A stretch of DNA of 64,000 nt, taken from Tissierellia bacterium. GTDB taxonomy: Bacteria > Bacillota > Clostridia > Tissierellales > Peptoniphilaceae. Positions 54,481 through 64,000 of the stretch are shown here, piece by piece; the stretch's first letter is position 1, and each line of letters opens with the position of its first letter. The stretch covers positions 19,745-83,744 of the forward strand of contig JAUNVD010000002.1 of assembly GCA_030537855.1 (NCBI GenBank), written 5' to 3'. The translations under genes and the position numbers were made by a program. Under the pieces are notes generated by a model, which ran no database searches, was not told where the DNA came from, and worked only from the letters and a program-made list of their open reading frames with translations.

Positions 54481-55986
54481 ATGTTGTTGAAAGAAAGTTA
54501 TATGAGTATTATGAATATTCGTAGGAGAGTATTCTCTGAAGTTGCAAGAATCGCATACGAGGATTCTGATTTAGAAGAGTTAGAAGATGCTTCTTATCGA
54601 TTGTTTCCAGGGGAAGTAGCAACGGTTAGAGAAAATATTTTCCGAGAAAGGGCTATTGCTGAAGAAATGTTACGTTTAGCTATGGGTCTGGATATTCGTG
54701 AAGTCTCTACATATAAAAAAGTAACAGATGGTTTTGATAAAATTAATATTGCAGAAAATGCTTATGAAGAACCTTTAGTATCTGTAATAAAATTTGCTTG
54801 TGAATCTTGTCCTACAAGGGCTTTTTATGTAACGAATAATTGTCGAAAATGTATGGCTCATCCTTGTACTAATGTTTGTCCAGTAAATGCAGTAAGTATT
54901 GGAAAATTTGGAGCTATTATAGATGAAGAAAAATGTGTAAAATGTGGACGTTGCAAAAATACTTGTCCTTATAATGCTATTGTGGAGTATGAAAGACCTT
55001 GTGCTTCAGTTTGCGGGGTAAATGCTATAGAAGATGATGAAGTGGGCAGGGCTGTGATCAATCACGACAAATGTGTGGCTTGTGGTCGTTGTATTACCCA
55101 ATGTCCCTTTGGAGCAATTGCTGATAAAACACAAATTTACCAATTAGTAAAAGCATTGGTGAGTAAAAAGAAAATATATGCTATTATAGCCCCTTCTTTT
55201 ATTGGACAATTCGGTGCTTTAACAACTCCTGTTCAAGTTGCAGAAGCTATTAAACTATTAGGATTTGAAGATGTGGTAGAAGTAGGGCTTGGAGCAGATA
55301 TGACTACCTTACATGAAGCAAAAGAGTATTTAGAGAGAGTCCCTGCAGAAATACCATTTATGGGAACTAGTTGTTGTTATTCTTGGTCATTGATGATTGA
55401 GTATAATTTTCCTGAATTACATCCTTATATTTCAGACTCTGGTTCTCCTATGAAATACACCGCAGAATATATTAAAGAAAAAGATCCAGATGCTTATGTA
55501 ACATTTATTGGACCATGTACATCTAAGAAGTTAGAAGCTATAGATACTAAAGTACAAGGGTATGTAGATTTTGTGATAACCTTTGAAGAACTAATGGGTA
55601 TGTTTGTAGCCAAAGGAATCGAACCTTCAGAAATAGAAGTCACGAAAGAAATGGAAGATGCATCATCTTCTGCAAGGGGCTATGCAATGGCAGGTGGAGT
55701 TGCAGAGGCAGTGGCTGAAGTTGCAAAAAAAATAGCACCAGATCGAGAGATTAAAATTGAAGGGGCGAATTCCCTTGATGAATGTATGAAAATGTTAAAA
55801 TTAGCAAAAGCTGGAAGAAAAGACGGTTATCTCTTAGAAGGAATGGCTTGTCCTGGTGGATGTATAGCAGGAGTGGGAACCATTGCTTCCACAACAAGAG
55901 TCAAAAGGGCATTAAGTAAATATATGAAAGATTCTGAATATAAGACACCTTTTGAGAATATTCATATCCCTGAAAGTTTAAAATAA
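54481..55986 (+). CDS. [FeFe]-hydrogenase-family protein with N-terminal multi-[4Fe-4S] domain
   Basis: H-cluster signatures TSCCYSW, GPCTSKK and EGMACPGGCIAG, plus several CxxCxxCxxxCP motifs. The exact start is ambiguous because GGGAGGG abuts ATG 54481; TTG 54487 is possible. Confidence 0.85.
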   Translation: MLLKESYMSIMNIRRRVFSEVARIAYEDSDLEELEDASYRLFPGEVATVRENIFRERAIAEEMLRLAMGLDIREVSTYKKVTDGFDKINIAENAYEEPLVSVIKFACESCPTRAFYVTNNCRKCMAHPCTNVCPVNAVSIGKFGAIIDEEKCVKCGRCKNTCPYNAIVEYERPCASVCGVNAIEDDEVGRAVINHDKCVACGRCITQCPFGAIADKTQIYQLVKALVSKKKIYAIIAPSFIGQFGALTTPVQVAEAIKLLGFEDVVEVGLGADMTTLHEAKEYLERVPAEIPFMGTSCCYSWSLMIEYNFPELHPYISDSGSPMKYTAEYIKEKDPDAYVTFIGPCTSKKLEAIDTKVQGYVDFVITFEELMGMFVAKGIEPSEIEVTKEMEDASSSARGYAMAGGVAEAVAEVAKKIAPDREIKIEGANSLDECMKMLKLAKAGRKDGYLLEGMACPGGCIAGVGTIASTTRVKRALSKYMKDSEYKTPFENIHIPESLK

Positions 55987-56098
55987 AGTTAAAAAACTAA
56001 GAATAATAAGACCTCCAAAAAAGAAAGTTTTATCCTTTCAAATTAGACTTTCTCCTTGGGGGTCTTTTTATGGTATACTTGGAAAAGGAGGAAATAGT

Positions 56099-57040
56099 AT
56101 GAATAAATTTGCCCCATATGATTATTCTTCATTTCAATTTTCCTGTGAAGGGACACATAAATCATGTCATCCAGTGAACTACCAATTGGAGCATAATCCT
56201 ACCCCTATCAAGTTATCTAGCGAAATGACTGAAGCGATAGAATATTTATTATGGTATGTTCCAAATATTAATTCCTTACAATCAAAATCGAATCCTTTAG
56301 TGGAAAAGATTCTCTATGATGATTTTACTTTTGATTTAATAAGAAAGGAAATGGAACTGACGACAGATGATATTTTAATTGAAGAGGAAATTCCTTTTGA
56401 TGTATACCGATATTTTAGGCATAAAATTTGTACCAATTGTCAAAAATTAGTACTAACAAGAGCAGAGGAAGAGACAAAATCAGCGTCACTACTTAGACAT
56501 ATTCGAAATGCCATTGCTCACGGTCTTTTTACCATAGTAGATGAAATGCTAATGGCCTTTGATTTTCGAAATATGGAAGATGCGAAAGAAGATAAGAACT
56601 GTACAGCAATTATTAAAATAAGACCTCGTTCATTATTACAAGCGTTAAAGAAAATAGATACAGAATTAACCCATGAACATTTAGCTGCAAAGGCCTTTCA
56701 AGAAGCTGGCTATTGTTTAAAACGAACAAAGTGGAAGGATAAGGGTCTTCCCTATGACTTTGAAGTGGAAAAAGAAGGACGTTTCTATGGGGTGGAAATA
56801 AAAAAATTTGATACTCCCTTACATATGGAACCGATAGAAGTAAAAAAAGTTATTAAGGGATTTGAACATATTAAGGATATTCCCTTAGTATTATTAAGTG
56901 ATTCTTCCTATCTAAAAAAGGAAAGTAAACAATTGTTAAAAACACTACCAATCACTATTTTAGATATGGAAAATATTGAAGATTTACTCCAAGGGCATGA
57001 TGTTTTAAAATCTATTGAAAAAGGTGGAAATAAATCTTGA
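56099..57040 (+). CDS. uncharacterised protein with HEPN-like R-x4-H motif and C-terminal PD-(D/E)xK-like module
   Basis: RBS AGGAGG. LLRHIRNAIAHG at aa 131-142. YDFEVEKEGRFYGVEIKK at aa 219-236 gives D220 ... E233-x-K235. Confidence 0.55.
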   Translation: MNKFAPYDYSSFQFSCEGTHKSCHPVNYQLEHNPTPIKLSSEMTEAIEYLLWYVPNINSLQSKSNPLVEKILYDDFTFDLIRKEMELTTDDILIEEEIPFDVYRYFRHKICTNCQKLVLTRAEEETKSASLLRHIRNAIAHGLFTIVDEMLMAFDFRNMEDAKEDKNCTAIIKIRPRSLLQALKKIDTELTHEHLAAKAFQEAGYCLKRTKWKDKGLPYDFEVEKEGRFYGVEIKKFDTPLHMEPIEVKKVIKGFEHIKDIPLVLLSDSSYLKKESKQLLKTLPITILDMENIEDLLQGHDVLKSIEKGGNKS

Positions 57041-57076
57041 AGAGGCCTTTTTGCTGTGATATAATACCTTGAGTAA

Positions 57077-57154
57077 GCACTCGTAGCTCAGCCTGGATAG
57101 AGCAACGGACTTCGGATCCGTGTGTCAGGGGTTCGAATCCTCTCGGGTGCACCA
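57077..57154 (+). tRNA. tRNA-Arg (anticodon UCG), CCA encoded
   Basis: Hand-folded cloverleaf. Acceptor stem GCACTCG/CGGGTGC, D arm GCTC/GAGC, anticodon stem ACGGA/TCCGT with loop CTTCGGA, T arm AGGGG-TTCGAAT-CCTCT. Confidence 0.9.
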
Positions 57155-57157
57155 TAG

Positions 57158-57191
57158 AAACCCTGTAGTTGGTACAGGGTTTTGCTCTTTT
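57158..57191 (+). terminator. intrinsic terminator after the tRNA
   Basis: CCCTGTA / TACAGGG stem plus a T-rich tail. Confidence 0.7.
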
Positions 57192-57284
57192 AAGTCGATG
57201 GAAGCTGGGTTTACTCATCCTATTCCCAAGTTAGAGAAAATTGTATAAATTTAGAAAATATTCTGAATAATTCCTTTAACTTCC

Positions 57285-57314
57285 TTGACAGCTCTCTCGA
57301 CTATGTATTAAAAT
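57285..57314 (+). promoter_or_regulatory. sigma-A-type promoter of rplM-rpsI
   Basis: TTGACA - 18 nt - TAAAAT. The ~65-nt leader with hairpin AGTGTT...AACACT may be an L13-type leader. Confidence 0.45.
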
Positions 57315-57381
57315 AAAGTTTAGTGTTTAAGCCCCGGAAAATGAACACTGCTCAACAATCAAAGGATAGGAGGTCGCCTCA

Positions 57382-57810
57382 TTGAAAAGCTATATGGCGA
57401 AAGCAAATGAAATAGATAGAAAATGGTATGTTATCGATGCTGAAGGTAAAGTACTTGGACGTTTAGCGTCTGAAGTTGCAAAGATACTTAGAGGTAAACA
57501 TAAGGCAATTTATACCCCTCATGTTGACACTGGTGATTTTGTCATTATTGTCAATGCAGAAAAAATAGCATTAACAGGAAATAAATGGGATCAAAAAACA
57601 CATAATTATCATACAGGATATCCTGGTGGACGTAGAGAAGTACCCTATAAACAGTTATTGGCAAAACATCCTGAAAGAATTATCGAATTAGCGGTAAAAG
57701 GAATGCTACCAAAAAATAGTTTAGGTCGACAAATGTATCGTAAATTAAAAGTATATGCAGGTCCTGAGCATCCACATGAAGCTCAACAACCTGTAGCATA
57801 TGAAATTTAA
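57382..57810 (+). CDS. rplM: 50S ribosomal protein L13
   Basis: [17 protein letters not shown] is typical of L13. TTG start 8 nt after AGGAGG. Confidence 0.95.
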   Translation: MKSYMAKANEIDRKWYVIDAEGKVLGRLASEVAKILRGKHKAIYTPHVDTGDFVIIVNAEKIALTGNKWDQKTHNYHTGYPGGRREVPYKQLLAKHPERIIELAVKGMLPKNSLGRQMYRKLKVYAGPEHPHEAQQPVAYEI

Positions 57811-57829
57811 GGGAAGGAGGGTTTAGCGA

Positions 57830-58222
57830 ATGGCTGTAGAAGAATATAGAGGTACCGGAAGAAGAAAAACATCTGTTGCTCAAGTTCGTTTATTACCTGG
57901 CAATGGTGCGTTTACAATTAATGGTAAAGATATTGATGATTATTTTAATTATGAAACTTTAAAAGTAGTTGCAAAATCTCCTTTAGAATTAACAGGAGTT
58001 GCAGGAAACTTTGATGTACTTGTAAAAGTAAACGGTGGTGGATATACTGGACAAGCTGGTGCAATTCGTCAAGGTTTAGCTCGTGCACTACAAGAGGCAG
58101 ATGGAGAATTACGAGGACCCCTTAAAAAAGCAGGATTCTTAACTCGTGATCCCAGAATGAAAGAGCGTAAAAAATACGGCTTAAAGAAAGCTCGTAAAGC
58201 TCCACAATTTTCAAAACGTTAA
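57830..58222 (+). CDS. rpsI: 30S ribosomal protein S9
   Basis: [14 protein letters not shown] ... [12 protein letters not shown] ... [12 protein letters not shown]. Confidence 0.95.
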   Translation: MAVEEYRGTGRRKTSVAQVRLLPGNGAFTINGKDIDDYFNYETLKVVAKSPLELTGVAGNFDVLVKVNGGGYTGQAGAIRQGLARALQEADGELRGPLKKAGFLTRDPRMKERKKYGLKKARKAPQFSKR

Positions 58223-58231
58223 AAAGATTAT

Positions 58232-58258
58232 GGCTTCGGATTTCCGAAGCCTTTTTAT
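58232..58258 (+). terminator. intrinsic terminator
   Basis: GGCTTCGGA / TCCGAAGCC stem plus a T-run. Confidence 0.85.
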
Positions 58259-58409
58259 TTTACCATCTAAAGGATTATTTAATAGAAATTCATTATGAAA
58301 ATAAACTATACTATTTTTTAAAAATACTAAGGACAAGATTTTCGAAAGGAATCTCTTATATGATATAATAATAAAGAGCTAAATCCATCTAAAATAAGGA
58401 GGAAAAAAT

Positions 58410-58679
58410 ATGAAGGCGGTTATTTCCGTTGTGGGAAAGGATCGAATCGGCATTGTTTATGAGGCTACTGAACTATTGGTCAAGTATAAACTAAATATTT
58501 TAGACATAAATCAAACTCTAATGGAAGGGTTTTTTACCATGATTATGTTAGTAGATTTGTCTGCAATGACGGTATCCTTTGATGAACTTGTAGACGGGTT
58601 CGACGAATTAGGTAAAAAAAGAGGGATATCTATTCGTGTACAACATGAAGATATTTTTGACGCAATGCATAATATATAA
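58410..58679 (+). CDS. ACT-domain protein (UPF0237 type)
   Basis: 89-aa ACT fold (ISVVGKDRIGIV). Canonical partner of the downstream UPF0210 gene. Confidence 0.75.
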   Translation: MKAVISVVGKDRIGIVYEATELLVKYKLNILDINQTLMEGFFTMIMLVDLSAMTVSFDELVDGFDELGKKRGISIRVQHEDIFDAMHNI

Positions 58680-58688
58680 GGGGGATAT

Positions 58689-60044
58689 ATGGATCGCAGT
58701 AATATTTTAGAGACCATACGTATGTTAGATGAAGAAAAGTTAGACATACGAACGATTACCATGGGAATATCTTTGCTGGACTGTATTTCCTCTAATGGAA
58801 AAGAAGCCAGAACAAGAATTTATGATAAAATGATGCGTGTTTCCCAAAATCTTGTGGAAACTTCCGATCATATTGGAAAAAAATATGGTATACCTATTAT
58901 TAATAAAAGACTCTCTGTTACTCCTATTTCCTTAATTGCTCAAAGTACAGGGGAAAGTGACTATGTAGCTTTTGCTCACACTTTAGATCAAGTGGCAAAG
59001 GAAGTTGGAGTAAATTTTGTTGGTGGATTTTCTGCGTTAGTTCAAAAAGGAACTATGGCAGGGGATAGTATCTTAATGGAATCCATTCCTCATGCATTAG
59101 CAGAAACAGATTTTGTTTGTTCTTCTGTAAATGTTGCATCTACGAAAACTGGCATCAATATGGATGCAGTATCTCAAATGGGAGAGGTGATTAAAAAAAC
59201 AGCAGAAGCAACGAAGGACAGAGATTCTATTGGTTGTGCAAAACTTGTTGTTTTTGCAAATGGGGTGGATGATAATCCCTTTATGGCTGGTGCTTACCAT
59301 GGTGTTGGAGAAGAAGATACGGTTATTAATGTTGGAGTTTCTGGTCCAGGTGTTGTGAAAGCTGCTTTAGAAAAAGTAAAAGGTGCACCTTTTGATATTG
59401 TTAGTGAAACAGTAAAGAAAACTGCTTTTAAAATTACCCGTATGGGTGAATTAGTTGGTAGAGAGGTTGCTGAGAGTTTAGATCTTCCCTTTGGGATTAT
59501 CGATTTATCTTTGGCTCCAACTCCTGCAGTTGGAGATTCTGTTGCTAGAATCTTAGAGGAAATAGGATTGGAAACTGTGGGAACCCATGGTACAACAGCA
59601 GCCCTTGCTATGTTAAACGATGGAGTTAAAAAGGGAGGAATTATGGCCTCTGGTCGTGTTGGTGGTCTTTCTGGCGCTTTTATACCAGTTTCTGAAGATG
59701 AGGGTATGATTCATGCTGTGGAATCTGGGCGTCTGACCTTTGATAAATTAGAAGCAATGACTTCGGTATGTTCTGTGGGACTAGATATGATTGCCATCCC
59801 TGGGAACACTTCTCCTGCTACTATTGCTGGTATTATTGCTGATGAGGCTGCTATTGGTGTAATTAATCATAAAACCACAGCTGTTCGTGTGATTCCAGTT
59901 ATCGGGAAAAAAGAAGGAGAAATGGTGGAATTTGGTGGATTATTAGGATATGCACCTATCATGGGGGTAAATCCTGGATCTAGTCAAAGATTTTTCGAAC
60001 GTGGAGGACGGATTCCAGCTCCTGTGACATCATTTAAGAACTAA
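58689..60044 (+). CDS. UPF0210 / DUF711 (PFL-like) family protein
   Basis: 451 aa with the typical pairing to an ACT-domain protein. The N-terminus [24 protein letters not shown] is characteristic. Confidence 0.7.
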   Translation: MDRSNILETIRMLDEEKLDIRTITMGISLLDCISSNGKEARTRIYDKMMRVSQNLVETSDHIGKKYGIPIINKRLSVTPISLIAQSTGESDYVAFAHTLDQVAKEVGVNFVGGFSALVQKGTMAGDSILMESIPHALAETDFVCSSVNVASTKTGINMDAVSQMGEVIKKTAEATKDRDSIGCAKLVVFANGVDDNPFMAGAYHGVGEEDTVINVGVSGPGVVKAALEKVKGAPFDIVSETVKKTAFKITRMGELVGREVAESLDLPFGIIDLSLAPTPAVGDSVARILEEIGLETVGTHGTTAALAMLNDGVKKGGIMASGRVGGLSGAFIPVSEDEGMIHAVESGRLTFDKLEAMTSVCSVGLDMIAIPGNTSPATIAGIIADEAAIGVINHKTTAVRVIPVIGKKEGEMVEFGGLLGYAPIMGVNPGSSQRFFERGGRIPAPVTSFKN

Positions 60045-60054
60045 GGAGGAGAAG

Positions 60055-61107
60055 ATGATTATTTCATTTTCAGATTTCATCTCCCATGCAATGGGAAATC
60101 CAGCACTACTTACAACGGTTCTCTTAGTTTTAGCGGTTATTTTAGTGAATGGTTGGACAGATGCACCAAATGCTATTGCAACTTGTATTTCTACTAGAAG
60201 TATTGATCCAAGATCGGCGATTATTATGGCCACTGTTTTTAATTTTTTAGGTGTATTTTTAATGACTATGATCAATGCTAATGTGGCGGAAACTATTTAT
60301 AACATGGTGGATTTTCGTGGGAATGCTCATGATGCAATGATTGCTCTTTGTGCAGGTCTTGTGGCCATTGTAACTTGGGCAACTGCTGCTTGGTATTTTG
60401 GGATTCCAACTTCTGAATCCCATGCTCTTATTGCAGGAATTTCCGGTGCGGCTATTGCCCTTCATGGAGGTCTTTCTGGTATTAATGGCAATGAATGGCT
60501 TAAGGTAGTTTATGGCTTAGTATTATCCACCTTTTTAGGTTTTGGCATGGGATATGGAGTCGTGAGTTTGGTAAAGAAAATCTTTCGTGATTCTGACCGT
60601 CGAAAGGTATCTGGCCTTTTTCAAAAAGGACAAATCTTTTCTGGTGCAGCTATGGCATTTATGCATGGAGCTCAAGATGGGCAAAAGTTTATGGGAGTTT
60701 TTATGCTTGGAGTTTTTCTTGCTCAAGGAAATGATCAAGTGACCTCTTTTGTAATCCCTGTTTGGCTAATGATTCTTTGTTCTCTTGTAATGGGACTAGG
60801 AACTTCCATTGGTGGCTATCGTATTATTAAAGCTGTTGGTATGGACATGGTACGTTTAGAAACCTTTGAAGGGTTTTCAGCAGATATGGGAGCTGTACTT
60901 TGTCTTCTTATTTCTTCTGTTACTGGTCTTCCTGTAAGTACTACTCATACTAAAACCACTTCTATTATGGGAGTTGGTGCACATAAACGATTATCTAATG
61001 TGAATTGGTCTGTTGTAGGAGAAATGGTATTAACTTGGGTTCTTACTTTTCCCGGTTGTGGGATGATAGGGTTTTTTATGACAAAATTATTTATGCATTT
61101 ATTTTAA
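60055..61107 (+). CDS. pit: inorganic phosphate transporter, PiT family
   Basis: NGWTDAPNAIATCISTRS and a second-half repeat (GLPVSTTH). Confidence 0.85.
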   Translation: MIISFSDFISHAMGNPALLTTVLLVLAVILVNGWTDAPNAIATCISTRSIDPRSAIIMATVFNFLGVFLMTMINANVAETIYNMVDFRGNAHDAMIALCAGLVAIVTWATAAWYFGIPTSESHALIAGISGAAIALHGGLSGINGNEWLKVVYGLVLSTFLGFGMGYGVVSLVKKIFRDSDRRKVSGLFQKGQIFSGAAMAFMHGAQDGQKFMGVFMLGVFLAQGNDQVTSFVIPVWLMILCSLVMGLGTSIGGYRIIKAVGMDMVRLETFEGFSADMGAVLCLLISSVTGLPVSTTHTKTTSIMGVGAHKRLSNVNWSVVGEMVLTWVLTFPGCGMIGFFMTKLFMHLF

Positions 61108-61119
61108 GGAGGAGAAGAA

Positions 61120-61743
61120 TTGCTAAAAGAATATCGATTTGACTATTTTAAAAATTTTGAGGATATGTCAGCAGTAACTTTGGAAATAGCAAAGATGTTA
61201 GATGATTGTTTAAAGGATTTTTCTCCAGATAATATGGAAGAAATTTTAAAAGAATTTCATGAAGTAGAACATCGTGGAGATGAATTGATGCATAGTACTT
61301 TAAATAGGCTGGCTAAGGAATTCTTGCCTCCTATTGAGCGAGAAGATATTGTGTTTTTAGTTCATAGACTTGATGATGTAACAGATAATATTGAAGATAT
61401 TGCAATGGCATTATATATGTATAATGTTCAGGAACTATTACCGGAAACTTTAGAATTTTCATCTTTACTACTAGAGGGAGCAGGAATTTTGTCAGAAGTG
61501 ACGAAGGAGTTTGTGAACTTTAAAAAGGCCAATGACATTAAAGAAAAGATTATTAGCGTGAACACTTTAGAGGAAAAAGGGGATCTTTTATATATGCAGA
61601 CTCTAAGGAATTTATATGAAAATTTTGAAACACCAAAGGAGTTAATCATTTGGACAAGAGTAATCGACAAAATGGAAAAAACATTGGATTCTATGGAATT
61701 TTGTTCCAATGTGATGGAATCCATTATTTTAAAAAACAGTTAA
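61120..61743 (+). CDS. DUF47-family protein (PhoU-like PiT accessory or regulator)
   Basis: Helical 207-aa protein adjacent to pit. TTG start behind AAGGAGGAG. Confidence 0.7.
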   Translation: MLKEYRFDYFKNFEDMSAVTLEIAKMLDDCLKDFSPDNMEEILKEFHEVEHRGDELMHSTLNRLAKEFLPPIEREDIVFLVHRLDDVTDNIEDIAMALYMYNVQELLPETLEFSSLLLEGAGILSEVTKEFVNFKKANDIKEKIISVNTLEEKGDLLYMQTLRNLYENFETPKELIIWTRVIDKMEKTLDSMEFCSNVMESIILKNS

Positions 61744-62432
61744 TCCTTCTTTTATGTTTTTTTCTTTTAGGCTGTTCTCAAAGTGTTAAAAATCTCGACG
61801 AGGCCAATATTGATAAGAATAAAAAGGAGAAAGTGAAATATTTGACTTTAAAAGACTTTCACCAAGAGGAAACACCTTCTACCTTTGACTACAATGAAGA
61901 TGGTATTGGGGATTATGATGCATTTTTAGAAGGTGCAAGAAAAGATGCAAGGAACCATCCAGTTTATGATCCATCTTATGTACAAGGAGGGTACCCTGAT
62001 CCAGATCGTGGAGTTTGCACTGATGTTATTTGGAGAGCCTTTCGTGAAGGTGGTTATAACTTAAAAGAAATGGTTGATAATGATATTAAAAGAGATCTTT
62101 CTGCTTATCCTCGGGTAGATCAACCAGATCCTAATATTGATTTTCGTAGAGTCCCTAATTTAGATTCCTTTTTTAAAAAATATGGAATACATCTTACCAC
62201 TGACACAATGGAAATTGGCCAGTGGCAAAGGGGAGATATTGTTATTTATGGGAAAAAGCATATAGCAATGGTGTCTAATCGTTATAATAAAAAAGGAGAG
62301 CCATGGATTATTCATAATTTTGGACAAAAGAATCGGGAAGAAGACGGTATTCATTGGGGAACGATTACGGCTCATTATCGTTTCGATGCTTCCCAAGTTC
62401 CTGAAGAGATTTTATGTCCTTGGGAAGAGTGA
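61650..62432 (+). CDS. DUF1287-family lipoprotein
   Basis: Lipobox FLLGC. GVCTDVIWRAFREGGYNL ... WQRGDIVIYGKKHIAMVS is typical of DUF1287. TTG start 8 nt after AAGGAG, with TTG 61701 as an alternative. It overlaps the DUF47 gene. Confidence 0.7.
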   Translation: MDKSNRQNGKNIGFYGILFQCDGIHYFKKQLILLLCFFLLGCSQSVKNLDEANIDKNKKEKVKYLTLKDFHQEETPSTFDYNEDGIGDYDAFLEGARKDARNHPVYDPSYVQGGYPDPDRGVCTDVIWRAFREGGYNLKEMVDNDIKRDLSAYPRVDQPDPNIDFRRVPNLDSFFKKYGIHLTTDTMEIGQWQRGDIVIYGKKHIAMVSNRYNKKGEPWIIHNFGQKNREEDGIHWGTITAHYRFDASQVPEEILCPWEE

Positions 62433-62477
62433 AAATAGAGTATTATCCAAGTAATTAGGATAATACTCTATTTTTTT
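62433..62477. terminator. bidirectional intrinsic terminator
   Basis: AATAGAGTATTATCC / GGATAATACTCTATT stem plus a T-run. Confidence 0.8.
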
Positions 62478-64000
62478 CATTCTAAGTCGTCTAAAAATCT
62501 GGAAATTTCACGAGGGGTTTTTAAAATATAGGATGGGGAAAGTAAAAATACTTCACTTCTTCCTCGAGTGATAGCTACATAAAAAAGTCTTCGTTCTTCC
62601 TCTAAAAGAGTGGCGTCTCCCCCTTGATATCTTTTAATACTTTTCGAAGATGGGAGCACCTTATCACAGAGATCTATGATAAATACACGATCAAATTCTA
62701 ATCCCTTCGCTCCATGGATAGTGGAAAGGGTGATACCAGAAGATGAAGAAACCTCAGAAATATAGGCTTCTAAATAATCAAGACGACCGAAAAATTCTTC
62801 TGTAGTATCTACTGTTTTACTTAATTCTATAAAATTCTGGTATTGAACCAATTGCGGCTCTAAGGGCTTTCCCGTTCTTTTACAAAAATTTTCTAAATAT
62901 TCTCTGTATTTTAAATGATCTAGAATAAATTCTAAGGATTCTTTAGGATTACAATGACCTAAATGATTAAAATCACCTTTGATTTCATAAATTCCCTTCT
63001 TTTGAAAATAAGGTAGACCTGGTAAGTCCGCCATTGCATCAAAGACATTATTACGAGGATGATTTTTTGCATAGGAAATTTGCTTCTTTGATAGATAACC
63101 TTTCATTTTATAATATATTTTTTCTAAGGCTTCTATAGAACCTGGATACTTTGCTAAGGAGAGAAAGGATACAATATCATGGAGCATCCATGTTTTAAAA
63201 AACCATCCACGACCTTCTCGTACATAAAAGGGAATCCCTTCTTGTTCTAAAGATAATAAAATACCTAGTGCTGAAACTGTATTTCGAAAAAGAATAGCTG
63301 TCTCTAGTTCTGGATTCCTTTTTAATTCTTCTAGGATAAATGAGTATTGGTCCCTTGTATGACGACATCGAATTAATTGAACGGGCTTTTTATAGGGATT
63401 CGGGGTTCCTATTTTCTTTTGGAATCGATGTTTATTTTTAGTAATAGTTTTTTCAGATAATTCAACAATATTTTTACTAGAACGAAAATTTTGTTGAAGA
63501 TAATAGGACTTACATCCTTCAAATCGTTTTTGAAACTCAAAGAGAACTTCAGGATCTGCACCACGAAAACCATAAATTGATTGATCGTCATCTGCTACGA
63601 TAAAAATATTATTTTTCTTATTGATTAGTTGATAAATAACGGAAAATTGAGCAGGGGAAGTATCCTGTGCTTCGTCAATTTGAATATAATCAAAGTAATT
63701 ACGGTATTTTCGTTTTAAATAAGGTTCTCTACCTAGAATATCATTTGCTAATAAAATCATATCGTCAAAATCAATGGTTCCATATTTTTCCTTAGCCTTT
63801 TCATATTGTTGGTATAAAGTATAGAATTTTGGGATTTGACAATCTGGAGAACTTTCATAATTCTTTGGATCCTTCATACGATTCTTTACAAAGGAAAGTT
63901 CTTGGAAAAAAGATTCTTTGTCTTCATCAGTGGGATAGACTCCAAAAACCTTTCGATGAATACTAGTATATAAATCATAAGGATGAATAGGAGAGTCTTT
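62477..64000 (-). CDS. UvrD/PcrA/Rep-family ATP-dependent DNA helicase (partial; N-terminus beyond the right edge)
   Basis: Motifs IQIDEAQDTS (II), VADDDQSIYGFRGA (III), LSTIHGAKGLEFD (V) and YVAITRGR (VI). The reading frame stays open from 63877 to 64000. Confidence 0.85.
   Translation of the reverse strand, partial: KDSPIHPYDLYTSIHRKVFGVYPTDEDKESFFQELSFVKNRMKDPKNYESSPDCQIPKFYTLYQQYEKAKEKYGTIDFDDMILLANDILGREPYLKRKYRNYFDYIQIDEAQDTSPAQFSVIYQLINKKNNIFIVADDDQSIYGFRGADPEVLFEFQKRFEGCKSYYLQQNFRSSKNIVELSEKTITKNKHRFQKKIGTPNPYKKPVQLIRCRHTRDQYSFILEELKRNPELETAILFRNTVSALGILLSLEQEGIPFYVREGRGWFFKTWMLHDIVSFLSLAKYPGSIEALEKIYYKMKGYLSKKQISYAKNHPRNNVFDAMADLPGLPYFQKKGIYEIKGDFNHLGHCNPKESLEFILDHLKYREYLENFCKRTGKPLEPQLVQYQNFIELSKTVDTTEEFFGRLDYLEAYISEVSSSSGITLSTIHGAKGLEFDRVFIIDLCDKVLPSSKSIKRYQGGDATLLEEERRLFYVAITRGRSEVFLLSPSYILKTPREISRFLDDLE

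Noticed and set aside
57012-57218. 68-aa minus-strand ORF.
   Set aside because: It runs straight through the tRNA-Arg gene and its terminator, and no RBS is present.
1-64000. Prophage, IS element, integrative island or toxin-antitoxin pairs across the window.
   Set aside because: No integrase, transposase, recombinase, phage structural or plasmid genes are present, and I found no terminal inverted or direct repeats flanking the accessory block. The only tRNA-adjacent oddity is the single HEPN-like gene.

Overview
This is an AT-rich chromosomal window from a low-GC anaerobic Firmicute. The clostridial or Tissierellia-like flavour comes from a clostridial 2x[4Fe-4S] ferredoxin, an [FeFe]-hydrogenase, BcrAD/HgdC-type activase ATPases and SLH-anchored surface proteins. 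I saw no rRNA, CRISPR array, transposase, integrase or prophage genes. Most of the window is housekeeping. In order it carries YtxH/DUF948 stress proteins, a lipid kinase, LacI and LuxR regulators, ggt and cobO, and a feoAAB operon with a Fur-like box. Next come an oxidative TCA branch (aconitase, icd, citrate synthase), an IclR-controlled divergent locus ending in arginase, and ribU behind an FMN riboswitch. The right half holds cstA, L25/Ctc, degV, ilvE, an ATP-grasp/ApbE/nuclease run, a hydrogenase, tRNA-Arg(UCG), rplM-rpsI, an ACT/UPF0210 pair, PiT/DUF47, a DUF1287 lipoprotein and a partial UvrD-like helicase. The stand-out region is 19.9-34.2 kb. It holds three same-strand paralogous giant surface proteins of 2161, 896 and 1466 aa. 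Each has a signal peptide, a conserved ~330-aa N-terminal head that I cannot place in a family, one DUF11-type domain, and 12, 1 or 6 tandem ~105-115-aa repeats. Each then ends in a Gly-rich linker, three SLH motifs and a conserved tail. Other candidates worth a second look are: (1) an isolated 313-aa protein at 56.1-57.0 kb, next to the tRNA, with an HEPN-like R-x4-H motif plus a PD-(D/E)xK-like module; (2) a 1417-aa fused double-activase/dehydratase-like protein; (3) an unclassified terminator-ended leader upstream of ggt; (4) a ferredoxin gene missed by the ORF track. I cannot show from sequence alone that any of these is a truly undescribed system. The decisive searches are listed with each finding.
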